Below, one piece after another: positions 48,960 through 60,662 of a DNA stretch of 64,000 nt; the first letter of the stretch is position 1, and the number at the start of each line of letters is the position of its first letter. The position numbers were made by a program, and so were the translations under genes. The notes below the pieces were generated by a model, which made no database searches, was not told the origin of the DNA, and worked only from the letters and a program-made list of their open reading frames with translations. Source of the stretch: an uncultured cyanobacterium (GTDB taxonomy: Bacteria > Cyanobacteriota > Cyanobacteriia > CAKZMO01); the NCBI GenBank assembly GCA_963719515.1, contig CAVRCJ010000003.1, positions 224,001 through 288,000 of the forward strand, written 5' to 3'.

Positions 48960-49328
48960 ATGTCAGTGGTAAACGCTAACCAGCTATCGCCTACTGCCCT
49001 AGCCTATATTGGTGATGCGGTGTACGAGCTATATATCAGGATGCGTTACTTATACCCTCCACAGCGCATTCAGTCCTATCATCGACGGGTTGTCGAGCAA
49101 GTTCGCGCTGAGGCACAAGCTCACCATCTACAGCAGCTTTTACCTCATTTAACCCCTCTTGAGAAGGACGTCACTCGGCGGGGTCGCAACGCGGCCTCCA
49201 ATCCGCCAAAGCGGGCCAGCTTCGATATCTACAGGCGAGCAACGGGGTTTGAAGCCCTAGTGGGATATCTCCACTTAACCGACCCCGAGAGACTTCAAGA
49301 GCTGCTGCTGCTGCTGTCGTTGGACTGA
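48960..49328 (+). CDS. mrnC: Mini-ribonuclease III
   Basis: LAYIGDAVYEL, RRGRNA and YRRATGFEALVGYL. Confidence 0.92.
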   Translation: MSVVNANQLSPTALAYIGDAVYELYIRMRYLYPPQRIQSYHRRVVEQVRAEAQAHHLQQLLPHLTPLEKDVTRRGRNAASNPPKRASFDIYRRATGFEALVGYLHLTDPERLQELLLLLSLD

Positions 49329-49406
49329 CGGCTGAGGCGATCGCTCAAGAGCGTCCAGTTTTATCCCCTTTCATCGCGTCTATCCACAGAGTTGCAGCCT
49401 TATACC

Positions 49407-50459
49407 ATGACAGACTCTTCGTCCGATCGCCCCAAGCCCGTGCGTTCATCCAAACCAATACGACGGGCTAGACCTCAAGGGGCCAAGCCGTCAAGGCCCG
49501 GCGCTAAGAGTCGCCGCCCGTCTCATGGGGGCTCCTTTAAGCGCCCCGGCCTGCCCAAGCGGCGAGAGGGTCGGCAGCAGGATCGCCCTGACTCCTTCGA
49601 GTCCTCCTCCGCGCCGACTCCTGATTCTTCTGCGGCTCCGGCATCCTATGGCCCGGCTAGTACCCCACGCTCATCCCAGCCTGAAAATCCCGACTTGATC
49701 TATGGCTGTCACGCAGTCTTGGCGGCCCTGAACGGGGAGCGGACGCTTAACCGCGTGTGGATAACCGCTAAGCTGCGCTACGATCCCCGATTTCATATCC
49801 TTCTCAATCAGGCCAAAGAAGGGGGCACCGTCATTGACGAAGTCTCCCACCCGCGCCTGAATCAAATTGCCAATATCGACAATCATCAGGGGATAGTGGC
49901 CCAGGTTGCGCCCTACAACTACCTGGATCTTGGCGCGCTGATCGAAAAGTCTGCCGACGCTAAGCCTTACCCGGTTCTGGTCGTGGCTGATGGGATCACT
50001 GATCCCCACAATCTTGGGGCTATTATTCGCAGCGCAGAAGCCCTAGGCGCACAGGGCCTAGTAATTCCCCAACGCCGCGCAGCGGGCGTGACCTCCACCG
50101 TGGCTAAGGTCGCTGCCGGCGCGCTAGAGACCTTTCCTGTGGCACGGGTGGTCAATCTAAACCGCGCGTTAACGCAGTTTAAAGAAGCTGGGTACTGGCT
50201 TTACGGCGCTTCTTCAGAGGCAGATCAGTCCTTAGGGCAAACTACGTTTGATCGCCCCACGGTGATTGTGGTGGGCTCTGAGGGAACTGGATTGAGCCTG
50301 ATGGTGGAGAAATGCTGTGATATCCTCGTCTCTATTCCGCTCAGAGGAGCAACGCCGAGCCTCAATGCCTCGGTTGCTGCAGGGATTTTGCTCTACGAGG
50401 TTTGCCGGCAATGGACCAAAGCTCCGCTCCAATTGGGGGATTTACAAATCAAATCGTAA
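49407..50459 (+). CDS. rlmB: 23S rRNA Gm2251 methyltransferase
   Basis: [27 protein letters not shown] and SLNASVA. Confidence 0.93.
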   Translation: MTDSSSDRPKPVRSSKPIRRARPQGAKPSRPGAKSRRPSHGGSFKRPGLPKRREGRQQDRPDSFESSSAPTPDSSAAPASYGPASTPRSSQPENPDLIYGCHAVLAALNGERTLNRVWITAKLRYDPRFHILLNQAKEGGTVIDEVSHPRLNQIANIDNHQGIVAQVAPYNYLDLGALIEKSADAKPYPVLVVADGITDPHNLGAIIRSAEALGAQGLVIPQRRAAGVTSTVAKVAAGALETFPVARVVNLNRALTQFKEAGYWLYGASSEADQSLGQTTFDRPTVIVVGSEGTGLSLMVEKCCDILVSIPLRGATPSLNASVAAGILLYEVCRQWTKAPLQLGDLQIKS

Positions 50460-50640
50460 GCGGTATAACATTACATAAAGTTTTATAAAGGCATGAGATT
50501 CTATAAAACGAGCGTTCGGAATTGCTTTTGCGGTTACCTTGTGGTTAAGGGCCGGAATTCTAGTCCGCTATGGAAGCGATTGGCTTTCACAGCGTGATCC
50601 AAGTTTTATAAAATTTGTGAAATTACAGGGAGCGATAACT

Positions 50641-50910
50641 ATGTGGTTGAGCTTACTTCAGGCGCTTGGCCTTGCCTGGTGGGTAGAAGTTAAAACGGAG
50701 AATCCGAACTACACCTACTACTTTGGTCCCTTTGTGGCGCAGGACGAGGCAGAAGTGGCCAAGGGTGGCTACGTTGAAGATTTGGAGCAGGAAGGGGCGA
50801 CCAATATTCGGCTTTCCGTGCTGCGGATGAAGCCTACAAAGCTGACCATTGAGGGCAATACGGTGGCCCATGAAAGCACCCCAGGGTCGGCGCTAACGGG
50901 TCAGGCCTAA
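50641..50910 (+). CDS. DUF1816-like small cyanobacterial protein
   Basis: WWVEVKT..P..TYYFGPF..GYVEDL.QEGA motif; ATG 50641 follows GGGAG. Confidence 0.8.
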   Translation: MWLSLLQALGLAWWVEVKTENPNYTYYFGPFVAQDEAEVAKGGYVEDLEQEGATNIRLSVLRMKPTKLTIEGNTVAHESTPGSALTGQA

Positions 50911-51779
50911 GCGCTGGTCGGCTCGTTTGGGCTGGGACAAAACGAGTTGGCGGTAAGCCAGGTGTTGATATCGGCCTCTAGAACGTCGGGGATTTCCCAC
51001 GGAAATAGGTGAGCGACGTTGGGATAGGTAATCCACTGGCAGTTGGGCAGGGCCCGCGCGGTCTCCAAACTCGCCTCTAGGGTGATGTGGCGGTCTTGCT
51101 CTCCTGCCAAGACCAGGCAGGGGACATCAAGCTTCTGAATTTCCGGAATGCGGTTATGGCCCTTTCGAAGCGCCGCATTGAGCGCTTGGCTCGCTTGGCT
51201 AGAGGTTTGTAAATAAGCGGGCAGCCCTTCGCGGGCGAGATGGCCGTAGGCCCGAGCAGTGTGCTGCTGAATGAGATGGCGGTAAAGGGATCGCTTGCCA
51301 AAGGTTTCGATGTTCCATTGCCAGCCGGGACGCGCCCGGTTGAGCAGCGAGGCTACCCCGGTGTAAACCTGGTCGGCCACGGTTATGGGGGGATGGCTGC
51401 CGCGCGGCCTTGCCGCTGTCGCCACTAGAATTAGGCCGCTCACCCGTTGCGGCATCTTCAGGGCCAGCTCCAGGGCCAGGATGCCCCCTAGAGACCAGCC
51501 CAGAACCAGGCAGGTCTCAATTCCCTCTTGGTCCAAGAGCGATCGCAGGTCGCTGATGTGGGCCTGCATCGGGAAAGGGTGGCGGTAGCGGCTGCGCCCG
51601 TAGCCCCGTAGGTCGGGGGCAAGGGTTTGAAACTGGCGCGAGAGGAACTGGGTGAACACCGACATTGACGCCCCTGAACCGGGATGGCCGTGGAGACAGA
51701 GCACCGCCACGCCGGTGCCTTGCCGTCGGACGTAGAGCGGATGGGGGGCTAGGTCGTCGATGTTGATGCTAGAAGCCAT
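50907..51779 (-). CDS. Alpha/beta hydrolase
   Basis: LHGHPG, PDLRGYG, GWSLGG nucleophile elbow and AHLFPWE. Confidence 0.9.
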   Translation of the reverse strand: MASSINIDDLAPHPLYVRRQGTGVAVLCLHGHPGSGASMSVFTQFLSRQFQTLAPDLRGYGRSRYRHPFPMQAHISDLRSLLDQEGIETCLVLGWSLGGILALELALKMPQRVSGLILVATAARPRGSHPPITVADQVYTGVASLLNRARPGWQWNIETFGKRSLYRHLIQQHTARAYGHLAREGLPAYLQTSSQASQALNAALRKGHNRIPEIQKLDVPCLVLAGEQDRHITLEASLETARALPNCQWITYPNVAHLFPWEIPDVLEADINTWLTANSFCPSPNEPTSA

Positions 51780-53097
51780 CGTTTTGGGCAATATGCTCGG
51801 CGATCTCTTTGACGATGCGGCGGACAGCGGCCTCATGGGCGCTGCGGTCGAGGGTGACCGTGAGCACGTAGCGCTCGTCGTTGATCTTGGCGGCCACGGT
51901 GGTGCCCAGTACCTTAGAGTTTTGGCCCGTCTTCTCCCCAATCCAGAAGACATCGCCCTCCGCCGCCTTCAGCCCGGCGTAGCCCAGCTTCCAGTCCCAC
52001 TGCTCCACCAGAGAGTCGAGCAGCACGTCGTCGCCCTCGTTCTCGAAGTTGTAGATCTGCACCATCATTTCGGTAATTTCGTCGGTGGTGGTGCGGTTGG
52101 TGCCCCCTTCGCCGAAGTCCTCGGGAAACGTGGTCTCACCCACCAGCTTGTGGCCCACGAAGGTGGCGGTGTAGCCGCGATCGCTCAGAACCTCATTGAT
52201 GTAGTCTAGACCCGCAAAATCGATCATCTGGTTGGTGGCGATGTTGCTGCTGTCGTTGATCATCCGTCGCAGCACCTTACGCATGGGGTACTCCACGCCC
52301 GCGCGGATGTCGGAGGCGTCTTCGGTGTAGTTGCCCTCTTCGACTAGCATCGGCTGGTCGAGGTCAACATTTTCGTCGATCACCTTTTCCATCACCGCGA
52401 CGCCAATGGGCAGCTTAATCAAGCTAGCCGGGCTATCGGGCGGCTTCTTGCCGTTGAGGCGTCGGCATTCTCGCGTTTCAATGTGGCAAACCGTAATCCG
52501 GACTCGCCCGGTGCCCAGCCCGGCGGTTTCGGCGATGGGCACCAGGAACTCGGAGCGGGCGGTGTCGTATCGGTAGGCGATCTCAGCTAAGTTAGGGGCG
52601 TACTCTTCTTGCTTATCTCGAGCGACCTCCGCCAGCAGGGAGTCTTCTGGAATGTTCTGCAGCTGGGCGATCGCCTCTCGCCACAGCCCGTCAATTTTGC
52701 CCAAGTCTTCAGCGTCTAGATCCTTCTTTTTGCCCAGCTTGACGGCCCGACGAGCGGTATCCAACGCCTGATCCCAAGTCTGCTGAGCTGCCCCCTCAAC
52801 GTGAATTCGGGTGTCTATCGACTGCAGCAGCCGCTGCTGCTCGTTCGGAGAAAGTAAAGTTTGCGCTAGGGGCAGGTAGCGCGGCGCGGCGCCCTCTTCC
52901 GCAATTTGGACCTGGAGGCGATCGCGGATGGCGCGCAGCTCCTCTAGAGAATCCCAGTTTGACAAAAACTCCCCCCCCTTCTGATGGAGGAGATCGACGT
53001 TCGGGGCCAGCGCCCCAGTCGCCCACACCGCGCTTCCCCCTATCGTCGCCGTTAGCGCCGCGGCTGAGAGCACTATCATTCGAGTAGACCAGCGCAT
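51769..53097 (-). CDS. Serine hydrolase, class A beta-lactamase/PBP-like, with N-terminal helical domain
   Basis: SxxK (SLIK), SxN (SSN) and KTG; N-terminal signal/TM segment; GAGGAG before ATG 53097. Confidence 0.8.
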   Translation of the reverse strand: MRWSTRMIVLSAAALTATIGGSAVWATGALAPNVDLLHQKGGEFLSNWDSLEELRAIRDRLQVQIAEEGAAPRYLPLAQTLLSPNEQQRLLQSIDTRIHVEGAAQQTWDQALDTARRAVKLGKKKDLDAEDLGKIDGLWREAIAQLQNIPEDSLLAEVARDKQEEYAPNLAEIAYRYDTARSEFLVPIAETAGLGTGRVRITVCHIETRECRRLNGKKPPDSPASLIKLPIGVAVMEKVIDENVDLDQPMLVEEGNYTEDASDIRAGVEYPMRKVLRRMINDSSNIATNQMIDFAGLDYINEVLSDRGYTATFVGHKLVGETTFPEDFGEGGTNRTTTDEITEMMVQIYNFENEGDDVLLDSLVEQWDWKLGYAGLKAAEGDVFWIGEKTGQNSKVLGTTVAAKINDERYVLTVTLDRSAHEAAVRRIVKEIAEHIAQNDGF

Positions 53098-53259
53098 GCA
53101 CAACTCCTCGCCCAAAGCCTCAGTGGCTATTGCTCATCTAAAATCAATGCAGATGAATAACTAAACGTTAGCCCGTTATTCAAACTCCGTGGGCGGGAGG
53201 GCGGAGGCTAAGCGATCGCCTACGCAACCCGACACAAAATTTAATCTCCATAATACGCT

Positions 53260-54183
53260 ATGTCCATCGCCTCTCATACCCCACTGTCACAGACCCTTCA
53301 TTTTCTAGGGCACGAAGTCTCTAAGCCTTACTCAGAGGCGCAAGTGGTTATTCTGCCTGTTCCCTTCGAGGCGACGACCACCTACCGCAAAGGCTGCGTC
53401 GCGGGGCCAGAGGCTATTTTAGAAGCCTCTCACCAGGTCGAATACTACGACGATGAGTGGGAGCGCGAGTTTTGGCCGCTGGGAATCCATACCCACGCTT
53501 CTGTTGCTGACTCGCGACAGGGACCGCTCTCCCCCGAAAACATGGTGGCGAGGGTCAGCGCTGCTGCCGCTCCTCTCATTGCGGACAACAAGTTTGTGAT
53601 CGCCCTGGGGGGAGAGCACAGCATCACGGCGGGCCTAGTGGCGGCCTACCACCAGAGTTCCTCCGCGCCGTTTACCGTGGTTCAAATCGACGCCCACACC
53701 GATTTGCGCCACAGCTATGACGGATCGATCTACAACCACGCCTGCGTAATGCGGCGGGTTTTAGACCTGGGGGTGCCCACAGTCCATCTGGGCATTCGCA
53801 GCCTTTGCCAAGAAGAAGCCACCCTGATTCGCGATCGCCAGCTGCCGGTGTTTTGGGCGCGCCACCTAGCTGTTCAAGACGACTGGGTTGACGCGGTGCT
53901 AGCCGCCGTCACCACCCGTCAAGTGTTCCTGACTATTGATCTCGACGGCCTTGACCCCAGCCTGATGCCCGGTGTGGGTACCCCTGAACCGGGAGGACTC
54001 AGCTGGTATGCCCTACTGGGGTTTTTGCGACGTCTGTTTGAAACCAAACAGGTGATCGGAGCAGACGTGATGGAGCTAGCGCCGCTTCAAGACTCGGTGG
54101 TCTCTCAATTTACCGCTGCCAAGCTGGTCTACAAGCTGATAGGCTACCGGGCGATGGCGGCGAAAGCGCCTTCATCTGCTTGA
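53260..54183 (+). CDS. speB: Agmatinase (ureohydrolase family)
   Basis: GGEHSIT, DAHTD, DLDGLDP, GTPEPGG and DVMEL. Confidence 0.88.
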   Translation: MSIASHTPLSQTLHFLGHEVSKPYSEAQVVILPVPFEATTTYRKGCVAGPEAILEASHQVEYYDDEWEREFWPLGIHTHASVADSRQGPLSPENMVARVSAAAAPLIADNKFVIALGGEHSITAGLVAAYHQSSSAPFTVVQIDAHTDLRHSYDGSIYNHACVMRRVLDLGVPTVHLGIRSLCQEEATLIRDRQLPVFWARHLAVQDDWVDAVLAAVTTRQVFLTIDLDGLDPSLMPGVGTPEPGGLSWYALLGFLRRLFETKQVIGADVMELAPLQDSVVSQFTAAKLVYKLIGYRAMAAKAPSSA

Positions 54184-54333
54184 GTCTAGGGGACTTAGAG
54201 CTTTCAATGGCTTCTGAGAGAGCCCTAGAGCGAGTTAAGCCTTGATGAAAATCGTCTAAAGGGGCGCTAAAGTTCAGATCCCGCTAGATTGGGCTGTTAT
54301 CTTAGGTGGTGATGTAGCGCCGGGGAACGGGAA

Positions 54334-55062
54334 ATGGGAGCGAAGTATCAGCGGGTTTTACTCAAGTTGAGCGGTGAGGCGCTAATGGGGGAGCTGTCGT
54401 ACGGCATCGACCCGGCGATTGTAGAAAAGATCGCCCGTGAGGTTACCGATGTGGTGGCGGCTGGGGTAGAGGTGGCGGTTGTTGTGGGTGGGGGCAACAT
54501 CTTTCGCGGCGTCAAAGGAGCCGCTGCCGGCATGGATAGGGCCACCGCCGACTATATCGGCATGATTTCCACCGTCATGAACGCGATGACGCTGCAGGAT
54601 GCCCTAGAGCGTATGGGGTCCCCCACGCGGGTGCAGACGGCCATCGAAATGAAAGAGATCGCTGAGCCCTATATCCGTCGCCGCGCCATTCGCCACTTAG
54701 AGAAAGGCCGCATCGTTATTTTTGGCGCAGGCTCCGGTAATCCTTTCTTTACCACCGACACTACTGCGGCCCTGCGGGCGGCTGAAATCAACGCTGATGT
54801 CGTCTTTAAGGCTACCAAGGTGGACGGCGTCTACGACTGTGATCCCAAAGAAAACTCCGATGCTAGGCGGTTCAACAGCCTCACCTACAGCCACGTTCTA
54901 AAAGAGGATCTCAAGGTAATGGACAGTACGGCGATCGCACTGTGCAAAGATAACAATATCCCTATTATCGTGTTTGATCTCACGGTGGCGGGCAATATTC
55001 GTCGCACCGTGATGGGGGAGTCTGTTGGAACTATTGTCGGAGAGTCTTGTGAAGTTAGCTGA
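54334..55062 (+). CDS. pyrH: UMP kinase
   Basis: [27 protein letters not shown] and VMDSTA. Confidence 0.97.
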   Translation: MGAKYQRVLLKLSGEALMGELSYGIDPAIVEKIAREVTDVVAAGVEVAVVVGGGNIFRGVKGAAAGMDRATADYIGMISTVMNAMTLQDALERMGSPTRVQTAIEMKEIAEPYIRRRAIRHLEKGRIVIFGAGSGNPFFTTDTTAALRAAEINADVVFKATKVDGVYDCDPKENSDARRFNSLTYSHVLKEDLKVMDSTAIALCKDNNIPIIVFDLTVAGNIRRTVMGESVGTIVGESCEVS

Positions 55063-55597
55063 AGTTGAACAGTCCATGCAGAATGCGCTAGAGGCGACTC
55101 AGCGCTCGTTTAACACCATTCGCACGGGGCGAGCCAACGCCTCCCTCTTAGACCGTGTCATGGTGGACTACTACGGTAGCCCGACGCCCCTGAAGTCTTT
55201 GGCCAATATCAATACGCCGGACTCCAGCACCATTGCCATTCAGCCCTATGATCCCGGAAGTCTAAGCTTGATCGAGCGGTCTATCTCAATGTCAGATTTG
55301 GGGTTGAACCCCAATAACGACGGGTCCGTGATTCGCCTCAACATTCCCCCTCTCACCAGCGATCGCCGTAAGGAGCTAGTGAAGATGGCCTCAAAGCTGG
55401 CGGAGGAGGGCAAAGTCTCGGTCCGCAACGTCCGCCGCGATGCGATTGACTCCATCCGCAAGGACGAGAAAAACAGCGATGTCTCCGAAGACGAGTCTCG
55501 CGATCTGCAGGAGGATGTGCAAAAGCTGACGGACAAGTATGTCAAAAAGGTAGAGGAGGCGTTCGCGGCTAAAGAGCAGGATATCCTCAAGGTTTAG
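55049..55597 (+). CDS. frr: Ribosome recycling factor
   Basis: [15 protein letters not shown] and VRNVRRD; GTG start at 55049; canonical pyrH-frr order. Confidence 0.96.
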   Translation: MKLAEVEQSMQNALEATQRSFNTIRTGRANASLLDRVMVDYYGSPTPLKSLANINTPDSSTIAIQPYDPGSLSLIERSISMSDLGLNPNNDGSVIRLNIPPLTSDRRKELVKMASKLAEEGKVSVRNVRRDAIDSIRKDEKNSDVSEDESRDLQEDVQKLTDKYVKKVEEAFAAKEQDILKV

Positions 55598-55636
55598 GGT
55601 ATTTTCGGACGATCAACGTAGCTGCACCTGCACAAA

Positions 55637-55659
55637 AGGACATGGCACCGCCATGTCCT
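55637..55659. terminator. Hairpin AGGACATGGC-ACC-GCCATGTCCT between convergent genes
   Basis: Perfect 10-bp stem; terminator or REP-like element. Confidence 0.55.
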
Positions 55660-55699
55660 CCATACTGCTATGCCCTACAGCATCATGCCCCACAGCCCG

Positions 55700-56329
55700 C
55701 TAAACCGGCTTCACCGCCTGCAGCACCTGCAGGCTGCCGCCCCCATAAAACTGATGCCGCTGCACCTCAAACCCGTATTTTTTCAACATCTCGGCTAGAT
55801 CAGTTTTAACCAGCCGCCACGCCGTTTCCGTCTCAAACAGCGCCATAAACGCATACAGCCCCGGCACCATCAGCGGATTGCTGGGTTGATGCAGATCGAC
55901 AAAAGCAAACGCTCCCCCAGGCTTCAGCACCCGGTACACCCCCTGAAAAATCTGCTCAAGCTGCTCGGCAGTCATCTCGTGCAGAGCGACGCTGGTGTGA
56001 ACGAGGTCAAAGCGCTCAGCCTCAAAGGGTAGCGACTCCGCCCAGCCCTCGACGTAGTCTGCCTCAGGCACGTTGCGGCGAGCCCGCTCAATGGACTTGG
56101 GAGAGGCGTCTAGCCCCGTGACCTGTCCGTATCGCTGGGTGAGATAGCCTGTGGCTTGGCCACTGCCGCAGCATAGGTCAAGTACCTCAGCGCCCTTGCC
56201 TAGGGTTAGCCCTTCGAGGGGGAGCTGATGGAAGCGGGAAAGACCGCCCACAGCAAGAGCGCTAAACCAGGAAATTGTGTCGTAGAGCCACTGATACCGA
56301 TAGCTCCAGCTGCGTAAAATAGTGGCCAT
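55700..56329 (-). CDS. Class I SAM-dependent methyltransferase
   Basis: VLDLCCGSG, GLDAS, FDLV..ALHEM and RVLKPGG. Confidence 0.9.
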   Translation of the reverse strand: MATILRSWSYRYQWLYDTISWFSALAVGGLSRFHQLPLEGLTLGKGAEVLDLCCGSGQATGYLTQRYGQVTGLDASPKSIERARRNVPEADYVEGWAESLPFEAERFDLVHTSVALHEMTAEQLEQIFQGVYRVLKPGGAFAFVDLHQPSNPLMVPGLYAFMALFETETAWRLVKTDLAEMLKKYGFEVQRHQFYGGGSLQVLQAVKPV

Positions 56330-56627
56330 GACGTTGAAGTTACTTCGAGCTACCATCAAATCATCAGCTCTCTTGCCGCAAGTCGTCAACGTTGAGAATC
56401 GTTCTCAAGCGATCGCCCCGGCTCAATTCCCCCTGAACGAAGTACCCGCGATCGCCCATAGGCCCAGCCTCAAACGGATTGCGATCGTGGCCATCAAAAC
56501 CGCTGCTATCGCTAACAAAAGGGATAGGGGGAGCGCGTGACCATTGGCCATAGGTTTGTTAAATTCCGGCTCCAAAATCAACAGGAGCTGCCTAGAATTG
56601 AAGCAGCCGCCACAGCCATGACTCCTG

Positions 56628-57272
56628 ATGCAAACCGCCCCAGTCTACCCCTCTGCTCAACCAGCGCTAGCCGCGCTGTTGGGATTAACGTTAGGACTAG
56701 CGACATCCTGTTTCCCGCTACCCCCCGACACCGCCGCACCCCCTACCGACGTGACGACAGCTCCCGAGACTGAAGCGGTTGATCCCGATGAGCAAACGAC
56801 CACCGGCAGCGAATCTACCCGCGACGAGCCCCGCGAAACGGCGATCGCGCCTGAGGACCAAGCTGAAGTTGCTGCCGCCAGCTCAGCTGCCATGCCTGCC
56901 GTTGATACCTTCACCACAAACGAGCTGTTTGCGGCGGGGGGCGGGGGCTGCGGTATGTCCCTTTGGCGGGCAGATGCGGAGCCTAGAGAAGAGGGATTTT
57001 TATTTTTCAGCGGTCTCGAAGGCTCAGCGATGATGCGCTTCGATGGGGAACTCGTAGCCCTAGAGCGAGACGAGACCACGGGGGAAGAGTTCTACGGCCA
57101 GTACACCTCCCAGACCTTTGTCGCTCCTGACGATTCGCTGAGCGCGACGGCTAACGTAGTGCTGGGGGAACCAGGGGAAATAGAATCGGTCGCGATTCCT
57201 GCCGGAACTCTTTTAATTCAAGCCGGAAGCGCAACCACGGAAATTCCCGTCACGGGTGATGCGGGCTGTTAG
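56628..57272 (+). CDS. Hypothetical lipoprotein
   Basis: Hydrophobic leader with lipobox-like LATSC, acidic linker, GCGM motif and terminal GDAGC. Confidence 0.7.
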   Translation: MQTAPVYPSAQPALAALLGLTLGLATSCFPLPPDTAAPPTDVTTAPETEAVDPDEQTTTGSESTRDEPRETAIAPEDQAEVAAASSAAMPAVDTFTTNELFAAGGGGCGMSLWRADAEPREEGFLFFSGLEGSAMMRFDGELVALERDETTGEEFYGQYTSQTFVAPDDSLSATANVVLGEPGEIESVAIPAGTLLIQAGSATTEIPVTGDAGC

Positions 57273-57338
57273 GTGTGCGGTAGGAGGACAGCTTGCTCCC
57301 CCTTACCATCACCTAAATCCTCATCATCAGAGATAGGC

Positions 57339-58793
57339 CTAGCTCAGCGCCATAGCCCAATCCTTGGCCCAATCTAAGTTACGGCGCACGTCCTCCAGGG
57401 ACATTGCCTCCGAGTACAGCCGCAGCACCGGCTCCGTGCCGCTGAAGCGAATCAGCAGCCAGCTTTCATCCGCCAGCTGAAACTTGTAGCCGTCGATGGT
57501 CAGGCAATCGGTGACCGCCTGTCCCGCCACTTCCGTAGGCCGATTCGCCTCCAGTTCGTTTACCAAGCGCGATCGCACCTCCATATTCGCCAACGGCAGA
57601 TCGATGCGGTCATACTCTGAGCTAAAGCCGGCCTGCTCCTGCAGCTGGCGATACAGATCGCTCAGGTCCTGCCCCGACTGCACGACGGCCTCCAGCACGT
57701 ACATGGCCGAGAGCAGCGCATCCCGCTCGGGAATATGGTGGCCGTAGCCGATGCCGCCGGATTCTTCACCCCCGAGCAGCACATCTGCGTCGTTCATGCG
57801 ATCCGCGATATATTTGTAGCCAATGGCGGTCTCATGCACCGGCAGACCGTAGAGCGCCGCCACCTTGGGAAATAGGTTAGAGCCGCTGATGGTCTTCACA
57901 AGCTCGCCGCTGTAGCCGCGCCGGGTGGCCAGATGCTCTAGCAAAATCGGAATCAAAATCTGAGAGCTGAGGAAGGTGCCGCTGCCGTCCACCGCCGCGA
58001 TGCGATCGCTGTCGCCGTCAAACACAAGACCCACGGCCAGGCCGCCCTTATCGCGGTCTTTCATCTGCTGAAGCAGATCCGGCAGATAGCGGGGCAAAGG
58101 TTCCGGGGCCCCGCCGCCGAACAGCGGGTCGCGATCGCTGTTGAGCTCGTTAATCTGGGTGCCCAAAATGCGCTCAATGCCGCTGGCCGCCGCCCCATGC
58201 ATCACGTCGGCAAAGACGGTTAGCGTCCCGCTGGCGATCGCCTCACGGATGGCTTCAATGTTGACCTGCTGCTGGATAATGCCGCAATAGCTAGGCCAGG
58301 GGTCGAAGGTGGTGAGGCTTCCTGGCTCGCCGATAGGGGCAGGCGGCTGCTCTAGCATCGCCTCGACTTTTTGGGTCACCTCGGGCGGCACCGATCCGCC
58401 AAAGCCCCCTTTGATCTTCAGGCCCGAGTACGCACCGGGGTTATGGCTCGCCGTAATCACGATTGCCCCTAGCGCCCCTTGGTCCTTAGCGGCCCAGCTA
58501 AAGGCTGGGGTCGGCGCGTAGCCCTCAGAGAGCATGACGTCAAATCCGGCCTGCTGCACCGCCTGGGCCGCGAGCTGGGCAAACTCCTCAGATAAAAAGC
58601 GGCGATCGTAGCCCACAATTACCATGCGGCTGTCGATGTCGCCGTAGGTTTGCTGCAGGGCATGGGCGGCCAGCGGCGCTACCTGGGCGACCCGCTCAAA
58701 GGTGAAGTCGGCGGCGATAATACCGCGCCAGCCGTCGGTGCCAAATTTAATCGGTTTGCCTATGAGGGCAGCGGGGGAAATAGGAGCGGCCAT
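57339..58793 (-). CDS. pgm: Phosphoglucomutase/phosphomannomutase
   Basis: FGTDGWRG, ITASHNP, FDGDSDR, GGEESGG and RFSGTEP. Confidence 0.92.
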   Translation of the reverse strand: MAAPISPAALIGKPIKFGTDGWRGIIAADFTFERVAQVAPLAAHALQQTYGDIDSRMVIVGYDRRFLSEEFAQLAAQAVQQAGFDVMLSEGYAPTPAFSWAAKDQGALGAIVITASHNPGAYSGLKIKGGFGGSVPPEVTQKVEAMLEQPPAPIGEPGSLTTFDPWPSYCGIIQQQVNIEAIREAIASGTLTVFADVMHGAAASGIERILGTQINELNSDRDPLFGGGAPEPLPRYLPDLLQQMKDRDKGGLAVGLVFDGDSDRIAAVDGSGTFLSSQILIPILLEHLATRRGYSGELVKTISGSNLFPKVAALYGLPVHETAIGYKYIADRMNDADVLLGGEESGGIGYGHHIPERDALLSAMYVLEAVVQSGQDLSDLYRQLQEQAGFSSEYDRIDLPLANMEVRSRLVNELEANRPTEVAGQAVTDCLTIDGYKFQLADESWLLIRFSGTEPVLRLYSEAMSLEDVRRNLDWAKDWAMALS

Positions 58794-58852
58794 AAGAATA
58801 TTTGGTTTGAATAACAACAAGATAGGAGGGTGAGGGGCGGTGCGGCGCAGTA

Positions 58853-58892
58853 TGCCCTGCCCCTGCAGTATGCCCATTGCAGGGGCAGGGCA
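58853..58892. repeat. Perfect 15-bp inverted repeat TGCCCTGCCCCTGCA-N10-TGCAGGGGCAGGGCA
   Basis: Read directly between divergent pgm and fabG. Confidence 0.85.
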
Positions 58893-59122
58893 GTGCCACA
58901 GTCCTACCGCCTGACTTTAAGCTGACTCTAGTGCTGAAGACTCATCAACGCCGTCTACTCTTTCACCGCGTTTTTGGCTTAAATAACCCCAGCATGGCCA
59001 GTCTAAACGCATACCACACCCCAGCCTTCACAGTGTATCCGCCTCGCTTTGCGATCGCTACAGTAGCGAAACCGCTAACCGTAAAGACTGGATAAAGGCA
59101 CCGCCAAAAGATAGTAATATAA

Positions 59123-59917
<795 letters not shown>

Positions 59918-59920
59918 ACC

Positions 59921-60655
59921 CTAAGTGCCCTGCTGCGTAGGGCGCACCAGCACGTCATGCACCTGCACATGGTCCGGCTGGGATATCATATACCACACCG
60001 CGTTCGTAATATCCTCGGGCTGCAGGACGGGAAAACGACCGTAGGTTTCTGCCGCCTTCTCTGCGCTGTCCATCTGAGCGGCAAACTCCGTTTCCACCAG
60101 GCCGGGACTGACGGAGGAAACGCGAATAGCGCTTCCTGCCTTGCGCAGCTCCTGCCGCAGTCCTTCCGTCAGCGCCCTGACGGCAAACTTAGTAGCGCCG
60201 TAAAACGCGCTTCCTGCCAGAACGCGATGTCCGGCCATGGAGCTGATGTTGACGATGTGGCCGCGATCGCCGTTGGCCTGCATTTGCTTCACGGCCTCGC
60301 GGGTGCAGATGGTCAGCGCCAGTACGTTCACCTCTAGCATTTCGCGCCAGCTCTCGGTGTCTCCCGACAGCAGCGGGGCCCGATGCCCTAATCCGGCGTT
60401 GTTGACGAGCAGGTTCACGCCGCCCCACTGCGCTTCAACTTGCTCAAACAGTGACAAAATTTCGTCTTCCTGCCGCAGGTCTACCGTTTTTGGGACAATC
60501 TTCTCTGGAAAGTCGGCCGCCAGAGCTTCTAGGCGCTCTAACCGGCGGGCCGCGGCGACCACGCGGTAGCCTTCGCGGGCAAGTTGACGGGCGATCGCCT
60601 CACCGATGCCGCTGGAGGCCCCGGTAACGAGGGCCGTTGGAGAAGATGCAGTCAT
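59921..60655 (-). CDS. SDR-family oxidoreductase (YdfG/DHRS11-like)
   Basis: [17 protein letters not shown] and PGLVETEF. Confidence 0.9.
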   Translation of the reverse strand: MTASSPTALVTGASSGIGEAIARQLAREGYRVVAAARRLERLEALAADFPEKIVPKTVDLRQEDEILSLFEQVEAQWGGVNLLVNNAGLGHRAPLLSGDTESWREMLEVNVLALTICTREAVKQMQANGDRGHIVNISSMAGHRVLAGSAFYGATKFAVRALTEGLRQELRKAGSAIRVSSVSPGLVETEFAAQMDSAEKAAETYGRFPVLQPEDITNAVWYMISQPDHVQVHDVLVRPTQQGT

Positions 60656-60662
60656 AACGGGA

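Noticed and set aside
53100..53259. Guanidine riboswitch upstream of the ureohydrolase
   Set aside because: No recognisable ykkC/mini-ykkC motif, and the protein has ordinary agmatinase motifs.
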